The translations under genes and the position numbers were made by a program. The notes below the pieces were generated by a model. That model had not been told where the DNA came from. It made no database searches and saw only the letters and a list, made by a program, of their open reading frames with translations. A DNA stretch of 56,252 nt, the filler included, from Dugesia japonica (taxonomy: Eukaryota): assembly GCA_001938525.1 (NCBI GenBank). It is 5 parts of 5 records of this genome, joined end to end, with 100 filler letters (N's around TTAATTAATTAA, not from the genome) between each part and the next. Parts side by side here need not be neighbours in the genome. Positions count along the whole stretch, not along the records: positions 43,014 to 56,252 come from MQRL01604122.1; 4 more parts are not named here. The stretch is one strand, 5' to 3'. Shown here piece after piece: positions 49,150 through 56,252 of the stretch. Every line of letters begins with the position of its first letter. The stretch's first letter is position 1.

Positions 49150-49940
49150 ATATGATAGGTTTCTTTAAAATGAAGAGAGAACTAGACTATTTTGTTCTGT
49201 ATATTTTTTAAATAAATAGCTGAGAAGTACCTAATAGGAAGTGTGTCAGAGATAGTAGCAAAGATATTTCTTTTGTAATAAACTTCCTACGAACCTCTGA
49301 CGATGATCAGCAAAGCTAAGAAACTGGATAAATTGTTGTCGTATGATCTTATGGAAATTCATATGAAAGGAGACTAAATGTAGCAACAACCCACCTCTGA
49401 AGATATTCCACCGATTCTTAAGTGAATCATTGCTTTAGATGAAAGATGAATTATTTATGATAACTTAAAAATATTCAGCATAATGAATAATAGTTGGTAA
49501 ATCCCATAAACAATTCCCAAAAATGAAGCTTTCTGTTTACCTTATGGTGGTCAACAACGGGCATTTTAAAAACTTTTTTACACCTAACCAGGAAAACAAT
49601 CATTAAATGCACAAAATAGCAGACTTTAGTTAATCAAAATGGTCCAAAATTCCTTCACGACAACGCACGTCTCTATGTTTCACGAATGATCGTACGAAAA
49701 TTACATACGTTAAGATTTTGAAACTGTTGCTCTTCCACCATACTCATCAAACCTGGCTTCAACAGATTTCCATTTCTTTAAACATCTTGGTCACGTCTTG
49801 AAGTATTAAGTGCCCAGAAAATCAATGCATTCAAAGATTTTATTGGCTCTAGAAGTTTGTTTTGTTTCAGATGGGTATCAATAAAGATTTATCACGTTGG
49901 CAATAATGCGTAGATTTCAATGATGCTTATTTTACATTAA
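49150..49940 (+). mobile_element. Decayed mariner transposase
   Basis: LHDNARLYVSRMIVRKL, PPYSSNLASTDFHFFKHL (~49655-49790) and RWQ*CVDFNDAYF. Confidence 0.8.
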
Positions 49941-50795
49941 ATCTTTGTAATCGACTTACTTATGACAGTTTAAAGTTTTATATATTATTAGACATTTGAA
50001 ATCATGGGCATAGTTATAATTAAAATTAATACAGACAAATAATAAGTTATACTTGAAATAATACTTGAGGAATTATTGAAATGTAGAAGATTGTCTCAAG
50101 ATATCAATTTGGTTACGAATAAATTATTACGCATACTTCATTATGAATTTTATATTTAGAGAATATCATGTAGTAATCAATTCAAACAGCTAAATTATAT
50201 GAAACTATAATAGTTTTATATGAATAATTTTATAGATATTGTTCAAAGATTTATAAAAATTATATAAATTTTATAATAATCAAATGGAGAATAAGAAGAG
50301 GAAGAATATTAGATATTATAATTTCTACTAGTTAATATTGTTAAAATCATTTATATGTTAAATTCTATAATAGGTATTATAGTGAGGTATTATTAGGATG
50401 ATCAAATAGAAATTAACACTTCATAAATAAATAAATATTTATTTTTAAGTTCGAAACTCATTGTGTCTGGAAAATAATTTTTTTTTGTACCAGATGTCAA
50501 CGAAATAATTCTTAAATGGAAACAGTTGACTAATGTTAAAGGTTTAACATAGAATTAGTTCTGTTGATCATTGTCATTTTTAAAAATGTTTGAAAATTAT
50601 TGAAATTATTGAAAATTATTTTAAAAAATGTTTGAAAAGAGAGTTAAAATTTTTGTGTGATGGGTGATCATTTCAAATCAAATCTTTTACTACTAAAACA
50701 CAAGTTTCATAATTTAAATAATATCAAAATACAAGCATTTCAATATTAATATTTGTATAACTCAATTTCTATTATATGAGATTATTAATTAATAA

Positions 50796-53700
50796 TTATT
50801 TCTTCATATCACCCTTCTTAAGAAACTTCCTAAGTTTTTCCACATTGTACCGCATTTTTCCTTGTATCGCATACCGCTTTTCATGAATTTTCTCAATTAT
50901 TCGATAAGGTCCTTCGAATCTGTCTTGATTTTTTTTCTTGTTTCTACCTTGATGAGTACCATATCGCCCATTTTGAATTCTCTCTAAGTAATCACGTCTG
51001 AAATGTTTTCTTGAGTTTTTTCTGAAACGTCTTACTCGTACCACTTTTCTCTGCTAATTTTCTTTCCCTTAAACGATCTCAGCCGGGCTTTTCCCAGTCG
51101 TTTTCCGTTTTGTTGCGTTCATTGTAAATTCTATTTCCGATAAAAGATCTGCCAAATCTGTTGTCTTTCTTTCCTGAAGTGTTGCATTAATAAAATCTCG
51201 AATTGTCATCAACTGTCTTTCAATTTGTCCGTTTGTATTATGATGATATGAACTCAAAAAGCAAAGTTTAATATCTAGCTTCAGTGCAAACTTTCTCATA
51301 ACTCTGGATTCAAAAGCTTTTCCACAATCTAATCTTATCTCTCTCGGACATCCAAATCTCAATATACACTTTTCTCAAATAGCTTTTCGTATTGTTTCCT
51401 TGCCTTGTCTAGGCAATGGTATAAGAGCCATATATTTACTGTAATGGTCGATTATTCCAAGAATGTATTTTTTCAGTCCACTTGTTTCCCGCATTGGCGC
51501 ACATATATCTGTGAATATCACTTAAAAAAATTGGTAGCTTCTAAACTCTTTGTCTTCTCTTTAGATGGTCTTCTGACAAATTTCACAACTACAAACTATC
51601 TTCTGTATTTGGCTCCACAGATTCTTTGCAATATATGTGTTTCTCAAATATTCGTACACTTTTTTTAACTCCTGCATGAAATAGTAATTTGTGTCTTTCT
51701 TCAATTGTTTCATGTACTTTGTCATCCGGAATTTTCATTTTCTTGATTAAATCTGTTTCCTCAGAAACTTTTAAATGATCTTTTGTTTCCTTTTCAATTA
51801 TGTTCAGTATTATCGTTTTAATCTTCCCTTTCTTGGCATCTTCATGTGACATTTGACATTGTACACATACCTCACATCTTGGTCTAGATAACATATCTGC
51901 ATTAACATGTTGAATTCTTTTTCTATATTCCAAAACCATATATAAACTGCTCAGATAATTAATCTATGTCTGGAATTGTGACGTAATTGGTTTCTTTGTC
52001 GTCATAATGAAAGTTAGAGCTTTATGATATGTTCCAAGAGTAAATCTTCTACCGTACAAGTAATGTTTTAAATACATACAGAAATAATAAACAGTTAATA
52101 ACTCTTTTCATGTTATGCAGTATCCCTTTTCATGACTCGTGATTGAGTTTGATCCATAATCAACAACTCTTTCTCTTCCTTCCTTATCTCTCTGTGACAA
52201 TACTGCTCCAATTGTATCAAAACTTGCATCTGTATCTAATATAAATTCTTTGTTTATGTCTAGAAAAAACAATATTAGTGCAGTCATTAGAGATTTTTTC
52301 AGACCCTCAAAAGTATCGTTTATTTCATCTGTCCATTCTAATTTCTTGTTGCTTGGTCCGCTACACAACTGTTCTAAGATTCTTGATTTTCTTGCTTAGT
52401 TTTCTATAAATTTCCTGTATTAATTACAAATTCCAAAGAAACTTTGTAACTTCTTGACACAGTTAGGTTTGCCAAATGTTTTTATTGCTTCTATTTTAAA
52501 TGGATCAGTTCTAACACCATCTCTGCTAATTATGTGTCCAAGAAACTTGATTTCGCTTTGAAGAAACCGACATTTTTCTGAAATTATTCTTAAACCAGCC
52601 TTCATTATTTTTTTCAATGACTTTATAGTGTTGATCTTTATTGTTCGTAAATATCAGAATGTCATCAAGATAAATCATTACTCCATTGATTTCGCCGACC
52701 ACTTTTGTCATCATCTCCGGAAATGTCCCTGATGCCGCTGCAATTTCAAATGGCATTCTATTAAAACAATATTGTCTGTGTATCTTGAGATTCTTCTTCC
52801 AGCTCTACCTAATAGTATGCATTTCCTAAATCTATTGAACAGAAATATTTGGCTCCATCTAACTTGTTCAGCATTTCTTCGATATTAGGCATAGGAAAAG
52901 CTTGTCTTTTCATTACTGCATTCAATTGTCTGAAATGCAAACATATTTTTATGTCTTTCCTTTCCTTTTTCCAAACACAGATCAATGGGGTATTCAATGG
53001 AGCGCTGCATTTCCGGATAATATTATTTTCGAAACGCTTTGGAGAGCTTCTTCAATTTTAGCTTCTAGATTCATTAGTTGTCTGTACGGTTTTACATTGA
53101 TTGGTTAACCACTTGTGATTATTTTGTGTCTTGTCAGATGTATGCATCCTACATCCCATTTATCTGCCATAAAAGCATCTTCTTTACTTTCAATTATTTT
53201 CAATAACCGTTGATCCTCTTTAATCTTCAAAATATTTAAAGCTCTTGTCAATCGCTCTCCTTTTTTAATTTGTCTCCCAAATATCGCTTCAATATTAAAA
53301 ATGTAATTTTAAAATTTTTCATCCGCTTTGCTATCAACCTTATCATAAACTGATATTCAAACCTCTTCTGCATATCTATTCCTTCTATCAGATCTGATGT
53401 CACTCTTTCAGCAACTAAGTAATCTCTTTGCAAACTTCATCAATTATCACTCCTGTTCTAACTTTTATAACAATTTCAAGTGTAGTATTATTTGCACAAC
53501 GCAATCTTTCATCACTCATTTTTAAATTTACTTCTCGTAATTTATTAAAACAACTCAAACTCATAACTTTAATTCGATCCCCTGTATCTATATGACTTTC
53601 AACTTTATTTCCTTAAATTTATACCGTAACATTTGGGCTGCTTGCAATTCATGGTACGAAATATTTGTTTTCTATTCTGTTTCAATTGTTTCAATCCATT

Positions 53701-54110
53701 CTATTTTTCTCTCATCCGCAAAATTTTCCTTCTTTAAGAACCTGTATACTTTTTCTGTAACTTTTCCGATATCATCCCATTTTTCGAACTCTTGAGGATA
53801 ATTACCAACTTCATTTAACAATGGATAGCTCCAACCAACTCCTCTACTAGTGGAGCCCTGCCTTTTGGGTACTGCCTTTCGGAATCACTTTCATATACTT
53901 CCTCATATCAATCATTTGTACTGACATCTTCATCTTCAATCGCATGTACTTGATTTTATCAGTTTCTTGATCTTTCTGCAGTCATAAATTTCTCACTTGT
54001 TCTTTTCATTTTTAAATTTGTGTAGCACTCTTCTNNTCTATGTTCACTATTACCAAATCGTTTACACCTCACTTCTTGACATAACCTTCTAATATGGCCA
54101 TAATTTTGGA
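50796..54110 (-). mobile_element. Ty3/gypsy copy 6: gag end to integrase, decayed
   Basis: CCHC remnant at ~54030-54100, protease IDTG at ~53580, RT (ICLHFRQLN, IYLDDILIF), RNase H (DTDASFDTIGAVLSQ), integrase (SSYHHNTNGQIER) and a GPY module (FEGPYRI). Confidence 0.93.
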
Positions 54111-54280
54111 GCATATTTTAGAATGAGCAAATTATTTAGAAATAAATCGTTAATCTTTAATTTTCATTTAAAATAAAGTTAAATAATTCCAAAACAGTAG
54201 TTTTCCAATTAATTTAACTGGATTATAAATCAATTTACATTTTATTAAGTTTTACATGAACCATTACATTTTCATTTTAG

Positions 54281-54646
54281 TTCAAACAAATTATCAATCG
54301 CGAACTGAGTCAATTCGCCGACAGTTCAAAATCAGGCCATCAGATCTCAGACTATATTTGTAAAACATTTCTCGATTCACAGTTGGATGATTCAATACCC
54401 GAGGGGTCATCTTTTGAGCATGATATTGAAGAAAATAGAAGTCAAATAAAACAAGAATCAATGAGGCGAAGCGCCAGATTGATCAAAGCAAACACGGAAC
54501 CTGTTTTAAATAATGCATGTTTAAACACAGATACATTATTAAATGCATCAATTGAAAATCCGGAAATTGAAGAGGAATCAGAATCTACAGAAATAGATTT
54601 GCCTTACCACGGAGTTCACGTACCAAATGAAGAAGAAGTATCAAAA
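54281..54646 (+). CDS. pde4: Internal exon of a cAMP phosphodiesterase 4 (dunce-like) gene: C-terminal half of UCR2 plus the linker to the catalytic domain
   Basis: After the acceptor TTTTCATTTTAG (ends 54280) the frame reads FKQIINRELSQFADSSKSGHQISDYICKTFLD, matching PDE4 [32 protein letters not shown]. It ends LPYHGVHVPNEEEVSK (IPRFGV-like) before the donor GTAAAT; 366 nt, phase 0/0. Confidence 0.88.
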
Positions 54647-56252
54647 GTAAATTTTTCTTAATATCCAAATGAATATTTACATAAACTGTAATTTTTTAAA
54701 TCATATTCAAAAATCGAATTATTAAAACTGATCTTTTATGACATCAAACTTTAAAAAATATTTTCTTTATTTCATATTGAAGGTCCGATTCCATTCTACG
54801 TTTTAATTAATATGTATTTTGATTGTTTGAAATTTGTAGGCCTCAAAAGAGTTTCAAAATAATTACCACACTTAGTCGTAAGTTTTGTATAATTGTTATT
54901 AGTAATTTACAAAATTTTATAAAAATAATATAAAAATAAAAATGAAAAAAAATAAAAAACTATTAAATAAATTAGTTAATTTAACAATAGCTAAGTTGAA
55001 ATTACTTAAATAGTCAGTTAAGTTTTTTGTCAATATAATTTTCTTTAGTGATTAATCTTGTTCAATTTGTATTTTTTTAAAATTTAATTATGATGCCTAG
55101 TTGTTTTCTTTCCTCTTTATCATATACTGCGATTTAATGTTGTCCTAAGTATCCCTCGAAAGAATTTGAACAAGTGTCCTTTTCCACGATTCTCGTTTGC
55201 TATTGTCACACGGATTGATTGTTTCTATCCCCCGTACTTTCCTAGACTCATGACAAAATTCGACCATAGCACGTAAGGAATTATTAGCCATTGATATCCT
55301 ACACGCATCTAGACCTTATCTTGCTTTAATACCCCATAAAATGTATTGCCCGCTTCAATTTGTCATCTTGCACGTAATAACTACTTGTGAGTGACTATTA
55401 AATGAACAGGTGGGTTAACATTTACTATTGTCTTTCCTGATGTAAAATTTGTATTAGTAAATCTTTGAGTGAAAATTGATAAAGTACAGCATAGTTCTTA
55501 CTCAGAAAACCTCTAACCCAGTTTCTCTTAATAATCAACATGTTATAATTTGTCCTAAGCTCTGACTTGGCATGTAAAATAAGACCCAAAGAAACAAAAC
55601 ATTAATACAACTAAAAATTACATCTTTTATTAAGTTACTTCTTAGCTTTACTTGAATTATCTAGATTCTCTGGTGCTCCACAGATATTTGCAATATTTCT
55701 TTGATAGCTATGGATAATTGGGTAATTCCCATATCGTATGTGACCCAAAATAAAGATTTTATTGATATAGTTATGTGGTTGACATAATAATATTATTGAA
55801 TCTATTAAAGTAAATTTATTACTAATCTAAAGAAATTTCTTATTCGACTTATTGTTTTGATAGAATGAACTAAAGTTTAGGTTTAAAACTCTAATAATAA
55901 TACATAAAAAATAATGCTTCTGAAAACTAAATTATATTCAAAACCATCAAATACTTTAATAAAAATCGATCAAATTACAAACTTGTTCGGATTTCCAAAA
56001 TAACTAATAAAGAACTTACATTAAAAGTATGTCAACAAAAGTTTAAGTCTACTGAGTATATTGGTGAAAATAGAACGAATACAGTGAGCATGTTACTACT
56101 TAATAGGATGTTGAAACATGCAACCTTTTCTTACCTAATAATTTGAAATACAAGTTTTTTTATTTATTAGGTAAGCATACATAAAACCAGACTATATTTT
56201 CTTTTATTAAATCTCTAATTATTATAGAATAATGACTGAGTAATTGATATCT

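Noticed and set aside
49297-49330. Hammerhead-like CTGACGA...GAAA
   Set aside because: It lies in mariner coding debris (TSDDDQ), stem II is poor, and there is no proper stem I/III or cleavage triplet.
55100-55760. GC-richer stretch possibly from a decayed retroelement
   Set aside because: I could not read any convincing motif on either strand.

Overview
This is very AT-rich animal genomic DNA, not prokaryotic. It has GT-AG spliced exons of PKD2-like and PDE4-like genes and dense transposon debris; a planarian-like flatworm or similar invertebrate is a guess only. The window is not contiguous: four identical artificial 100-bp spacers (N44-TTAATTAATTAA-N44) join five pieces (1-10276, 10377-21333, 21434-32290, 32391-42913, 43014-56252). 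Host coding content is one intact intronless non-RD Ser/Thr kinase ORF (5583-7217), the terminal exon of a polycystin-2 gene (30640-30912, -), an internal PDE4/dunce exon (54281-54646, +), and decayed histone H1-like and H2B-like copies. Most of the remainder that I can assign is mobile DNA: six decayed copies of a compact Ty3/gypsy lineage, several mariner copies (one full length), two hAT transposase relics, hAT and piggyBac MITEs with target-site duplications, a foldback element with a 6-bp TSD, and a Penelope-like 3' end with a minimal hammerhead ribozyme. The most unusual signal is the gypsy architecture. Gag appears to start inside the 5' LTR and read through a tRNA-Leu PBS, integrase reads through the PPT into the 3' LTR, and a CxxCxxCxxxH motif sits between RNase H and integrase. 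All homology calls come from motif recognition by eye; no searches were run.
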